NCBI GenBank assembly: GCA_046727855.1
Contig: JBKPDL010000026.1
Span: forward strand, 2,343 to 66,342
Direction of reading: 5' to 3'
Origin: Acidobacteriota bacterium
GTDB lineage: Bacteria; Acidobacteriota; Vicinamibacteria; Vicinamibacterales; UBA2999
Length of the DNA: 64,000 nucleotides
The translations under genes and the position numbers were made by a program. Below are positions 54,735 to 63,610 of the stretch, in pieces. Below the pieces are notes generated by a model. It worked only from the letters and a program-made list of their open reading frames with translations, was not told the DNA's origin and ran no database searches. Numbering within the stretch: position 1 is the stretch's first letter; each line of letters begins with the position of its first letter.

Positions 54735-57137
54735 CTATTTGCCCGTGGTCTTCTTCTTCTTCGGCGCAGCGGCCTTCTTCGCCGGCGTCACTTTCGTCGC
54801 CGTCGATTTCCGCGCCACGGACTTTCCGGCTGCCGGCTTGCTGGTCGACGCCTTCTTGGTTACCGGCTTCTTGGTGGTCTTCTTGGCCGCAGCCTTCTTC
54901 GTGCTCGGCTTGGACGTGACTTTCGCCACGTACTTCGCCGCTGCCGGCCGGAACACCGGCGAAGGCTGCACGCCGTTGCCGTACAGCCGGCGATAATCTT
55001 CCGCGGTGCCGAGAATACGCTTCACGTAGTTCTGCGTCTCAGGGAACGGGATGTCGTCGATGAATTCGTCCTGCTCGAGATCGGGCTTGTCTTTGCGCCA
55101 CCGCGCCACCCGGCTTTCCCCCGCGTTGTAGCTGGCGATGGCGTAGTGCAGGGCGCCGAACATGCGAATCAGCTCCGACAAATAGTGCGTGCCGATGCGC
55201 GCATTGAGTTCGGCTTCGGTCAGGCGTGACGGTGAGAACGGCCGAATCCCGAGCTCCTTGGCGAAGCGACGACCGGTCGTCGGCATCACCTGCATCAGTC
55301 CGATCGCGTTGGCGGAGGAAACAATTCCCGCGTCGAACGTCGACTCCTGTCCGATCAGCGCCGCAACCAGGTACGGATCGAGGTCGTTCTGCTGCGCGTA
55401 GCTCTGAATCATCGGCCAGTGATCGAGCGGAAAGATCACCTGCAGGATTTCGGTCGGCAGGCTCTCACCGCCAGCGGTCATGTACTGCGGATAGGCGCGC
55501 TTCATCGCGTTGATCCCGAGGCGCAGATTGCCGATTTTGTGCTGCACCAGCGCGATCGTCGCCTGTAGCGGCGCCGAATCGCCGTAGATGCGTTGCGCGT
55601 GCTGCAGCTCCGCGAGCGCCGGGTGATAGAGCTGCAACGCGATCAGCCGCGAAATGCGATCGAGCGTGGGCGGCGGAGGCGGCGGGGGCGCGATTGCACG
55701 CCGCACACCCGGAGTGATGGTCGCTTCTTTTCGCTCGGCGAGCCGCTTCCACGCCAGCCGGCCATAGTACGTGTTCAGATAATCGGTCGCGGCAAGGCGA
55801 TAGCGGTCGGTGGCGTCGGTCCGATTGCCAAGGCCGTCGTAGGCACGCGCGCTCCAGTACAGCCACGCCGGACGATAGTCCGAGCGCGGGAATGCCGCGG
55901 CTCCGCGCTCGAAGATCCGGACGGTTTCGCCATACTCGTCGTTGCGATAGGCCCACCAGCCCGCCTTCCAAGCGGCGCGCTCGGCGTACCTGCCGGTTGG
56001 AAACTTGTCGACCATCTCGCGAAAGATCTCAGCGGCGCGTGCGGCTTCGTCCGCGCGCACGTAGTGCGTGGCCACATCGTTGAGCGCTTCTTCCGCGCGT
56101 GCCCCTCGCGGATACGCCGTGACAAAGGCGCGCACCATCGATCGATACGCGTCGGTTTCGCCCAGGTCGCGCGTGACGCCAAGCAGCGCGAACTGCGCTT
56201 CCTCAGCGTATTTGGGGTGATTGAGATACAGCCGCAGCATGTCGCGCGCCGCGCGGTTGCGGCCTTCCTGCGCGTCGAGCGCCGCCAGATGGATGGCGAC
56301 CAGGTCGCGATCTTCGCCCGCGACATGACTACGCACCCGCTCGTAGGCGCTGCGGGCGGGCGACAAACGGCGCGCTTTGAACAGCGCCTCAGCGCGATCG
56401 AGCTCCTTTTTGGCCGCCGCTGGATCGTCAAGATCGAATCCGTCGATCCGCTCCAGTCCGAGCTCCGCTTCGTTGCCTTCCTGCGTGAGCGGGAACGTCT
56501 CGAGCACGTAGCGGAACGCCTCGCGCGCTCGATCGCGATGGCCGTTCATCTCCGCCATCATGCCGAGCTTGAGCCACGCGGTTTGCGGCGCGCCAAGGCT
56601 CCGTTTGACCAGGCTCTCGTAAATCGCTTCGGCGCCCGAGTAGTCGCTCCGCGCCTCGCGCACGTCAGCCTGTCGCAGCGCCCCCGCTTCCGGAAGATAG
56701 CCAAGCAGGTCCTGCGCCGCGACCGAGGCAAACGCGTTCTCGGCCTCCTCGAGCCGATTCAGCCGCTGGAGGGCGATCCCGGTGTAATAACGGGCGTAAG
56801 GCGCAACCTCGGTCGAGGCAAGCGCCGGCGCGTTCACCAGCGGCAACGCAGTGGCGGCATCCCCGGTCTGCTCGAGCATCCGCACGCCTTGTGCGAGTTG
56901 CACCAACACCCCGGGGGCCGCCGCAGAGCTCTTGGCGGGCGCGTACCACATGGCCTCGAGCGTTTCCGGCACGGCCGGGTGAAGCGTCGGGGACAGGGGC
57001 GCAGCGATCGTACTCGGTATGCCCGCGGTGACGAGCTCCTGCTGGGCGTCGGGCAATGCCGTCCCGGCCTGTACCGAGAGCAGCAGCGCCGAGGCGAGCA
57101 GCGCGAAGAGCAGACGCGTGTTGGTGCGTTCGTTCAT
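54735..57137 (-). CDS. soluble lytic murein transglycosylase (Slt70-like, TPR/superhelical + SLT domain) with Lys/Ala-rich C-terminal tail
   Basis: ATG at 57137 gives signal peptide MNERTNTRLLFALLASALLLSVQAG. The SLT core is LIGQESTFDAGIVSSANAIGLMQVMP...AIASYNAG. The last roughly 65 aa are KPSTKKAAAKKTTKKPVTKKASTSKPAAGK...AAAPKKKKTTGK. Confidence 0.85.
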   Translation of the reverse strand: MNERTNTRLLFALLASALLLSVQAGTALPDAQQELVTAGIPSTIAAPLSPTLHPAVPETLEAMWYAPAKSSAAAPGVLVQLAQGVRMLEQTGDAATALPLVNAPALASTEVAPYARYYTGIALQRLNRLEEAENAFASVAAQDLLGYLPEAGALRQADVREARSDYSGAEAIYESLVKRSLGAPQTAWLKLGMMAEMNGHRDRAREAFRYVLETFPLTQEGNEAELGLERIDGFDLDDPAAAKKELDRAEALFKARRLSPARSAYERVRSHVAGEDRDLVAIHLAALDAQEGRNRAARDMLRLYLNHPKYAEEAQFALLGVTRDLGETDAYRSMVRAFVTAYPRGARAEEALNDVATHYVRADEAARAAEIFREMVDKFPTGRYAERAAWKAGWWAYRNDEYGETVRIFERGAAAFPRSDYRPAWLYWSARAYDGLGNRTDATDRYRLAATDYLNTYYGRLAWKRLAERKEATITPGVRRAIAPPPPPPPTLDRISRLIALQLYHPALAELQHAQRIYGDSAPLQATIALVQHKIGNLRLGINAMKRAYPQYMTAGGESLPTEILQVIFPLDHWPMIQSYAQQNDLDPYLVAALIGQESTFDAGIVSSANAIGLMQVMPTTGRRFAKELGIRPFSPSRLTEAELNARIGTHYLSELIRMFGALHYAIASYNAGESRVARWRKDKPDLEQDEFIDDIPFPETQNYVKRILGTAEDYRRLYGNGVQPSPVFRPAAAKYVAKVTSKPSTKKAAAKKTTKKPVTKKASTSKPAAGKSVARKSTATKVTPAKKAAAPKKKKTTGK

Positions 57138-57856
57138 GTCCGGAAACCCGGAAGCGCCGGGTCGCCACCACACAGCGTGGCCACGAGCTCCTGGTGGAAC
57201 AGCTCCGCGCGAGTTCGCAATGAGGCCGGCACGCGTTCGTCGTAGATTCGACGAGCCCGCTCAATCTCCGGTCCCATGTGCGAGAGCAGATTTCGTGAGC
57301 GCCGGCCTTCGTCCACGGCCGGCTCGTGGTTCGACTTGATGTCCAGCAGCAAGAGTCGTGCACAACCCCGCGCCGATTCTTCGGGGCCTTGTGAGGCCTC
57401 AGCGTCTGCACGCATCGGCATAGACGCCTCATTTCGAGTGCATTCCTGCGCTTTCGCCTCAGGGGTGGGCTGGGGCGAGGCGGACCCGGCGGGTGCTTCG
57501 GACGTTTGTTGCGGTGTGCCTTTCGTCGGAGGTACCCAGAAGCGCGGCGTTGGCGTGGTGCTCGCCGCCTTCTGCACCGACAACGCTTCGAGGCAGCGCG
57601 ACGCATGCCGCACCAGAATTTCGATCACCTCGGGCCAACTGCTCGGCACTGCTTGTTCGCGACCATCTTCGTCGACACGTGCGCGAAACGCAGCGAGTGC
57701 CGTGGCGACGGACTGTTGAATCCGTTCTTCAGGCGACATGTTTTCGTTGGACCGGACGTAAGTCGCGGCCGGGGGCAGGCCGGCCCAGCCGGGAAACGCC
57801 GCGTCTCGTGAGCTGGGGACGTCCGTTTGTGCATTATCGGGAGTGCGATCCTGCAA
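57134..57856 (-). CDS. hypothetical protein, translationally coupled (ATGA) to the Slt gene
   Basis: There is no recognisable motif. Two predicted helical regions are joined by a Pro/Thr/Gln-rich linker. The stop overlaps the Slt ATG. An alternative start is ATG 57739. Confidence 0.4.
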   Translation of the reverse strand: MQDRTPDNAQTDVPSSRDAAFPGWAGLPPAATYVRSNENMSPEERIQQSVATALAAFRARVDEDGREQAVPSSWPEVIEILVRHASRCLEALSVQKAASTTPTPRFWVPPTKGTPQQTSEAPAGSASPQPTPEAKAQECTRNEASMPMRADAEASQGPEESARGCARLLLLDIKSNHEPAVDEGRRSRNLLSHMGPEIERARRIYDERVPASLRTRAELFHQELVATLCGGDPALPGFRT

Positions 57857-58036
57857 GTCAAGGTGGGCAAACCCCTAAACTGCTGACCTCCAAGGCATTT
57901 GCGCGTTTCGATTGATGAGCGGGATGGCCGGTTTCAGATTGGGATTGCAGATTGCTAGTCGGCCACTCCAATCGTCCTTCGCCCATCGAAGCCCTGCAAT
58001 CTCGAGCATCGCCGCGCGTATGGTTGAATTGGAGCG

Positions 58037-59026
58037 ATGCAGCGCCCCGTCCGCCTGGCGTTTCTCGGCTGCGGCTTCATCACCGATGTGCACAGCCGAC
58101 ACCTGCGGAGTTTCAAGAACGAGATCGTCGCCAGCTATGCCAGCCGCGACGGCGCACGCGCGGAGACCTATCGGCAGCGTTACGCGGGCCATCGAAGTTA
58201 CGCGGGCTATGCCGGCGCCATCGTTGACCCGGAGATAGACGCGGTCGTGATCGCCGTTCCGCCGCGCCTCCATCTCGATCTCGCGAAGCAGGCGCTGGCC
58301 GCTCGCAAGCACGTGCTCGTCGAAAAACCGGCGTTTCTTCGCCTCGAGGATTACCGCGCCGCACAAGCCGCGCGCGATCGTGCGGATCGCGTCATGCTGG
58401 TGGGCGAAAACGATCATTACAAGCCGCTCGCGGTGTCTTTGCGCAAGCTGCTCGCGAACGGCGCGATCGGCGAGATGGTATTTGCGCACTTCACGACCAT
58501 CGCGCTTCGCCCCAAGGCAGCTGACGATTGGCGCAACGATGAATCAATGGCCGGCGGCGACGCGTTTTTCGAAGAAGGTATTCACTGGCTGCATATCGCG
58601 AACAGCCTCGGACCAAAAATCACGACGATCCAGGGATATCGCCCGTCGGTGTGCCGCGACGGCGCCGACCGGCGGTGCAAAAGCATGATGGTCGCGTTCC
58701 GCTACGACAACGACGCGGTCGGTTCGCTGTACTATTCCCGCGAGATTCCGTCGTTGCTGAAGGGCTTGCGTTTGTCGAAACTGTTTGGCCGCAAAGGCAT
58801 CATCACGTTTGAATCAAACGGCGCGTTCGTGCTGGCGCGCGGACACGGTTTCCCACGGCTGTTTTTTCCAGGCTTCAGGGACATAAGGGGGTATCGTGCG
58901 ATGTATCGCGATTTTCTCGGCGCCATCGCAGAGCATCGCGCGCCGCAAATGAGCCTTGAACGAGCGATGGACGATCAACGGTTGATGGAACAGATCTACG
59001 CGAGCGTCGCGCAGACGGTATCGTGA
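58037..59026 (+). CDS. Gfo/Idh/MocA-family NAD(P)-dependent oxidoreductase
   Basis: VRLAFLGCGFITDVH Rossmann N-terminus and the EKP motif (VLVEKPA). Confidence 0.85.
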   Translation: MQRPVRLAFLGCGFITDVHSRHLRSFKNEIVASYASRDGARAETYRQRYAGHRSYAGYAGAIVDPEIDAVVIAVPPRLHLDLAKQALAARKHVLVEKPAFLRLEDYRAAQAARDRADRVMLVGENDHYKPLAVSLRKLLANGAIGEMVFAHFTTIALRPKAADDWRNDESMAGGDAFFEEGIHWLHIANSLGPKITTIQGYRPSVCRDGADRRCKSMMVAFRYDNDAVGSLYYSREIPSLLKGLRLSKLFGRKGIITFESNGAFVLARGHGFPRLFFPGFRDIRGYRAMYRDFLGAIAEHRAPQMSLERAMDDQRLMEQIYASVAQTVS

Positions 59027-60561
59027 CTGGCCACTACGACATCGTCATCATCGGAAGCGGCGCCGGCGGCGGGACCATGGCGCACGCGCTCTCGGACACG
59101 CCCGCTCGCATTTTGATCCTCGAGCGCGGCGACTTCGTGCCGCAGGAGGAGGAGAACTGGAGTCCTGCCGCGGTCTGGAAGCAGTTGCGCTATCAGACGA
59201 AGGAACGCTGGTTGGACGAGCGCGGCGAGGAATTCTCTCCTTACAGTCACTACTGCGTCGGCGGCAATACGAAATTCTGGGGAAGCGTCCTTTATCGACT
59301 GCGGCGCGAGGATTTTCAGGAGGTGGAACATCTCGATGGTGTTTCGCCGGCCTGGCCCATCGATTACGACACGCTGGCGCCTTACTACGATCGCGCCGAG
59401 CACCTCTACGACGTCCACGGCGAGGACGGCGCCGATCCGACCGAGCCGCCGCGTAAACCATATCCGCGTCCGGCCGTCCCGCACGCACCGCTGATGTCGG
59501 CGATCGCCGAACAGCTGCGAAGCCGCGGGCTGCATCCGTCGCCGCTCCCGCTCGGTCTCCGGGACGGCTGCGTTCTGTGCCGCACGTGCAATTCCTTTCC
59601 CTGCAAGCTGCACGCGAAAAGCGAAGCCGAGGTGTGCTGCGTGCGTCCGGCAATTGCGCGCCCCAACGTGACGTTGTGGACCAACGCGTGCGCGACGCGT
59701 CTCCTCACCGATCCGTCCGGAAAGAAAGTTGCTGCCGTCGAAGTGGAACGCAATGGCGAGACGCTGAAGGTCAAAGCCGCGCTCGTGGTGGCGTCCTGTG
59801 GGGCGGTTAACTCCGCTGCGCTTCTCCTCCGCTCGGGCAACGACAAACATCCGAACGGACTCGGCAACTCCTCCGGACTGGTCGGTAAGCGCTACATGGC
59901 GCACCTTGCCACCATGATGCAGGGCTTCCATCCGCTTCGACGCAACCAGACGGTCTTTCAAAAGACGCTTGCGATCAACGACTTCTATCTGCCAGGCGCT
60001 CACACCGATTACCCGCTCGGACAGATCCAATCGCAAGGACGGACGCACGGCGTCATGGCGCAAAGCGTGGTGCCGTGGATTCCGTTGTGGGCGTACGAAT
60101 CGTGGGTGGAGCGCGGCGTCGACTGGCTCGCGATGTCGGAGGATCTGCCCGACGCCAACAACTGCGTGACGGTGGAACGCGACGGACGAATACGCCTGCG
60201 CTATCGTCCGAACAACCTGCTCGCGCACGAGACGCTCGTGCGAAAGGCCAAACGCCTGCTGCGGCAGCTTGGTTTCTGGCTGGTCGTGACTCATTCACAT
60301 GGAAGCAAGAACACAACGCATCAGTGCGGGACATTGTGCTTCGGCACCAACCCGCGCGAGTCGGTGCTCGATCCTTATTGCCGCTCGCACGATGTCGAGA
60401 ACCTGTTTGTCGTCGACGCGTCGTTCTTCCCTTCGTCTGCCGCCGTGAATCCCGGACTAACGATTGCCGCCCAAGCGCTCAGGGTTGCGGATCACATCAA
60501 GGCAACAGATCTGAACACCTGGAGCGGCCGCTCTGTAGATCGGGCTGTGGGCATTTCATGA
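59023..60561 (+). CDS. GMC-family FAD-dependent oxidoreductase
   Basis: YDIVIIGSGAGGGTMA (FAD GxGxxG), C-terminal HQCGTLCFG and FVVDASFFPSS. 4-bp overlap with the upstream gene. Confidence 0.85.
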   Translation: MTGHYDIVIIGSGAGGGTMAHALSDTPARILILERGDFVPQEEENWSPAAVWKQLRYQTKERWLDERGEEFSPYSHYCVGGNTKFWGSVLYRLRREDFQEVEHLDGVSPAWPIDYDTLAPYYDRAEHLYDVHGEDGADPTEPPRKPYPRPAVPHAPLMSAIAEQLRSRGLHPSPLPLGLRDGCVLCRTCNSFPCKLHAKSEAEVCCVRPAIARPNVTLWTNACATRLLTDPSGKKVAAVEVERNGETLKVKAALVVASCGAVNSAALLLRSGNDKHPNGLGNSSGLVGKRYMAHLATMMQGFHPLRRNQTVFQKTLAINDFYLPGAHTDYPLGQIQSQGRTHGVMAQSVVPWIPLWAYESWVERGVDWLAMSEDLPDANNCVTVERDGRIRLRYRPNNLLAHETLVRKAKRLLRQLGFWLVVTHSHGSKNTTHQCGTLCFGTNPRESVLDPYCRSHDVENLFVVDASFFPSSAAVNPGLTIAAQALRVADHIKATDLNTWSGRSVDRAVGIS

Positions 60562-61076
60562 AGGTCCGAACGTTCAGTCACGCGGGGGTTACGGTTTCTG
60601 ATTTCAACAAAGCCGTCCGCTTTTACTGGGACGTGTTTGGCTGTCCGCTGGTCGGCGTCGCCGACACGCCGCCCGAGCGTGTGCGAAGTTTTTTCGGTGT
60701 GCACGGCGAGATGCCGCGCTGCAAGATTGGGTGGATTCGCGTACCCGGCGGCGGCGTGCTCGAGATCTTCGAGTTTCAGCCGCAGCTGCCGCCAGGCGCG
60801 GTGGCCTGGCAGCGCGTGGGCCTCACGCACATTTCGTTCAACGTGCGCAATCTCCAACGGTGGTACGAGTACCTCCTGAGCAAGGGTGTCGAGTGCGTCA
60901 GCAAACCCGAGCGTTCGCCACGGGGGCACTCGTTTTTCTTTGTGAAGGATTTCGACGGCAATCTGATCGAGCTGATGGATCTTGGCTATATGTACTACGT
61001 GCTTGGGTGGCTCGGTCCGTTAGGCGGTTGGCTCTTTCGCCGCGGCATGTACAAGAAGTACTACACGGACAACTGA
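60558..61076 (+). CDS. VOC (glyoxalase/bleomycin-resistance/dioxygenase) family protein with hydrophobic C-terminal extension
   Basis: The internal ATG at 60558 (ATGA overlap with GMC) gives MKVRTFSHAGVTVSDFNKAVRFYWDVFG...LTHISFNV...FVKDFDGNLIEL. The upstream part of the track ORF is Arg-rich and lies in another frame of the GMC gene. Confidence 0.8.
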   Translation: MKVRTFSHAGVTVSDFNKAVRFYWDVFGCPLVGVADTPPERVRSFFGVHGEMPRCKIGWIRVPGGGVLEIFEFQPQLPPGAVAWQRVGLTHISFNVRNLQRWYEYLLSKGVECVSKPERSPRGHSFFFVKDFDGNLIELMDLGYMYYVLGWLGPLGGWLFRRGMYKKYYTDN

Positions 61077-61254
61077 CAAATTGTCAGTCGCTGCCAGTTT
61101 TTCCCGTGACAAGACCCGGAGGCGCACAACGACCTTCCTCGAAGTGCCCGTAAATTCCTCCCGTTGATCGCCGCTTCAGCTGGCGGCGTTCCTGCAGAGC
61201 CCCAGGATTGTGTTGAGAATTTCCGCCCTGGCATTTCTCGCGTTCACGGCGCCG

Positions 61255-62103
61255 TTACGGCAAGTTCAAGAACCGTCCAAGAAATTGGCGCGCGCCGACG
61301 GTATCGAGCCGATAGTTGAAGTTGTTCGCGCGGCAGTTCGGATCGCCGCCGGTCGTCGTCGACACGATCATGTTGGTGCCGGGGACAAACTGCGGCGAAC
61401 CCGAATCACCAAAGCAAAGGCCGCCGAGATCGGTGGCTTCGGCGGTTTGATTGAACCGCAACCACGCCAGCGTTATTCCTTTCACCTCCGATATGCTCGT
61501 GCGCCGACGGCCGTCGAACAGGAACTGCGTGCCGCGCCGCTGCTGCCACACCGGGACGACGCCGTAGCCGACAAGTTCGACTTCCATGTGCTGGAGGTCC
61601 CCGGACGCTTTGAGGCCGTCCAGATACCCCGCGGGCGGTAATGAGACGGCGGGAAGGTCTGGCACTGATCCTGCCGGGAGCAGCAGCACGGCGGAATCGT
61701 AGAGGTTACCGACGTCGTGGCCAAATCGCGGGTCCCACGCGAACGCCGCGGCGGCAATCGGATTCTCCGGCCGTCCTACACCATCGCGCGGGTCGCCGTC
61801 GAACGACACCCAGAATGCGGTGACACCTCCCATGACCAGCGGCGCGACGCAGTGCCCCGCCGTGAGGAACACATCACTGGCGCCATCTTTGGCGGGTCCG
61901 GCGTACGACCCGGAACAAATGATCTCGAACCATTCGATCGTGCCGTTGGCGTTGAAATCGGCGTACATCGCGCCGACCATTGGATGTTGGTCCCCGTCGA
62001 GTTGGCCGCCCCAGGCGGCATACGCGACTGCGCGTGCGGCGAGCGTGACGGCAATCGTCAGACTGCCCACGTTCCGCTTCAACGGTTCGATCGTGCGTTT
62101 CAT
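61255..62103 (-). CDS. trypsin-like (S1) serine peptidase
   Basis: His motif FLTAGHC, Ser motif CFGDSGSP, and an N-terminal signal/anchor. Confidence 0.75.
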   Translation of the reverse strand: MKRTIEPLKRNVGSLTIAVTLAARAVAYAAWGGQLDGDQHPMVGAMYADFNANGTIEWFEIICSGSYAGPAKDGASDVFLTAGHCVAPLVMGGVTAFWVSFDGDPRDGVGRPENPIAAAAFAWDPRFGHDVGNLYDSAVLLLPAGSVPDLPAVSLPPAGYLDGLKASGDLQHMEVELVGYGVVPVWQQRRGTQFLFDGRRRTSISEVKGITLAWLRFNQTAEATDLGGLCFGDSGSPQFVPGTNMIVSTTTGGDPNCRANNFNYRLDTVGARQFLGRFLNLP

Positions 62104-62228
62104 GCGGCACCTCTTTCGGGGTCAGCGCGGATATTCGGTTTCCCGTCGCGGCATGTCAAGATCGGTCTGCGATCGCATCAATTGTCTGTGCAGCATGCTA
62201 GGATTCCGCACATCCTCTGAGGAAGCGT

Positions 62229-63095
62229 ATGGACAACGACGAGATCACGAGACGCGACTTTGTGTCGATGACTGTTGCCGCGGGCATTGCCGCGGCGGCG
62301 AACGCACCGCTATCTGCACAGCAGGTGACGGAAACAAACGTGGAGATCAAGACTCCCGACGGAAACTGCGATGCGGCGTTCATTCACCCGGCGAGCGGCG
62401 CGCATCCTGCCGTTATCATCTGGCCCGACGCCTTCGGCCTGCGCCCCTCGATGCGCGAGATCGCGAAACGCCTGGCCTCGAGCGGGTACTCTGTGCTCGT
62501 GCCGAATCCGTTCTATCGCGTCGCCAAGTCGCCGGTCTTCGAGAGCGCCTCCAATTTCAACTTCGGCGACCCGGCGCAACGCTCGAAGCTGACCCCGCTG
62601 ATGGGGTCGATCAATGCCGAGGGCGCGGTAGAACGCGATGCCACGGCGTTCAGTGCCTGGCTCGATACGCAGAAACAGGTGGATCGCACCAAGAAGGTCG
62701 GCACACAGGGCTATTGCATGGGCGGCGCGCTCGTTGTCCGAACCGCGGCAGCCGTACCCGATCGCGTCGGCGCGGGCGCGTCGTTTCATGGCGGCGGACT
62801 CGTGACCGACAACCCGAACAGCCCGCATCTGCTCGCGCCCAAGATCAAAGCGCGCATGTACTTTGGCGTCGCGGTCAACGACGACAAACAGCAGCCGGAC
62901 GCCAAGACGAAGCTGAAGGAAGCGTTCGAGGCGGCCAAAGTGCCGGTCGAAGTCGAAGTCTACGAGCAGGCGCTGCACGGCTGGTGCGTGTCCGACATGC
63001 CGATGGGCCCGGACGGAAAGCCGATTTACAAGAAGGACGACGCGGAGCGGGCGTGGAGCAAGTTGTTGGCGCTATATAAGGCCGGATTGGTGTAG
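62229..63095 (+). CDS. dienelactone hydrolase family protein with Tat signal
   Basis: ITRRDFVSMTVAAGIAAAA, nucleophile elbow GYCMGG, and C-terminal HGW. Confidence 0.85.
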   Translation: MDNDEITRRDFVSMTVAAGIAAAANAPLSAQQVTETNVEIKTPDGNCDAAFIHPASGAHPAVIIWPDAFGLRPSMREIAKRLASSGYSVLVPNPFYRVAKSPVFESASNFNFGDPAQRSKLTPLMGSINAEGAVERDATAFSAWLDTQKQVDRTKKVGTQGYCMGGALVVRTAAAVPDRVGAGASFHGGGLVTDNPNSPHLLAPKIKARMYFGVAVNDDKQQPDAKTKLKEAFEAAKVPVEVEVYEQALHGWCVSDMPMGPDGKPIYKKDDAERAWSKLLALYKAGLV

Positions 63096-63212
63096 CACAT
63101 CTCCATATCGGCACATCGATCCATGACATCGCCACATCATCAAATCTCCACATCGCAACATGGCCGCCATCCTGCTAAACTGGATGGACGGACAACGGTC
63201 CGCTTACCTCAA

Positions 63213-63558
63213 GGGGGCGACTTGGCTTCGACGGGGGTGCGGGATCGTGGAACGCGTGCCGAGGGCCAGCTCCTCGTTAATCCGTTGGAAACAACCATAA
63301 CTGCGGATACGCAGCTCGCTCTCGCTGCTTAAGCAGTGAGCGGTCACCTGGTGAGTGCCTGCGGCACCAGGCTGACCGTCATTTAGCAGGCTCGTTGTCG
63401 TGGGCCTCCCGGACCACGGCAATCAAATCTTCCGGGAGGGGCGACCGGGGATTTTCGCTCCGTTCCAAACCGGTTGCGACTTTAGAACGGAGACACGCAC
63501 GTAGCGGTCTGCGACGACGCATTTTCGGACGCGGGTTCAACTCCCGCCGCCTCCACCA
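63213..63558 (+). ncRNA. ssrA: tmRNA (SsrA)
   Basis: The 5' end GGGGGCGACUUGGCUUCGACGGGG pairs with the 3' end ..CGCCUCC-A-CCA, including a G3:U pair. The T arm is GCGGGUUCAACUCCCGC. The tag reading frame is GCG GAT ACG CAG CTC GCT CTC GCT GCT TAA (63303-63332), giving ADTQLALAA*. Confidence 0.92.
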
Positions 63559-63610
63559 ATTTCCTTCAATGAATATGGGCCTTCGGGCCCTCCGTTCCCG
63601 CCGCCTCCAC
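63542..63610 (+). repeat. direct duplication of the tmRNA 3' end (att-like core)
   Basis: TCCCGCCGCCTCCAC occurs at 63542-63556 (inside ssrA) and again at 63596-63610. The flanks CAATTTCCTTC and TATTTCTCC are also similar. A GGGCC-TTCG-GGCCC hairpin (63577-63590) lies between them. Confidence 0.8.

Noticed and set aside
54682-54996. 104-aa hydrophobic plus-strand ORF (FFFFGAAAFFAG...).
   Set aside because: It is the antisense translation of the Lys/Ala-rich tail codons (AAG/GCC) of the Slt gene. Its composition is an artefact of that repeat.
60075-60557. N-terminal 161 codons of track ORF 60075-61076.
   Set aside because: It is Arg-rich and lies in an alternative frame inside the well-supported GMC oxidoreductase gene. 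The VOC domain begins at the ATG at 60558, which overlaps the GMC stop.
61063-61100. Palindrome ACTGACAA-A-TTGTCAGT at the VOC stop followed by GTTTTTC, considered as an intrinsic terminator.
   Set aside because: The loop would be too small unless the stem is shortened to about 6 bp. It is AT-rich, and the T-run is 9 nt away. This is too weak to call.
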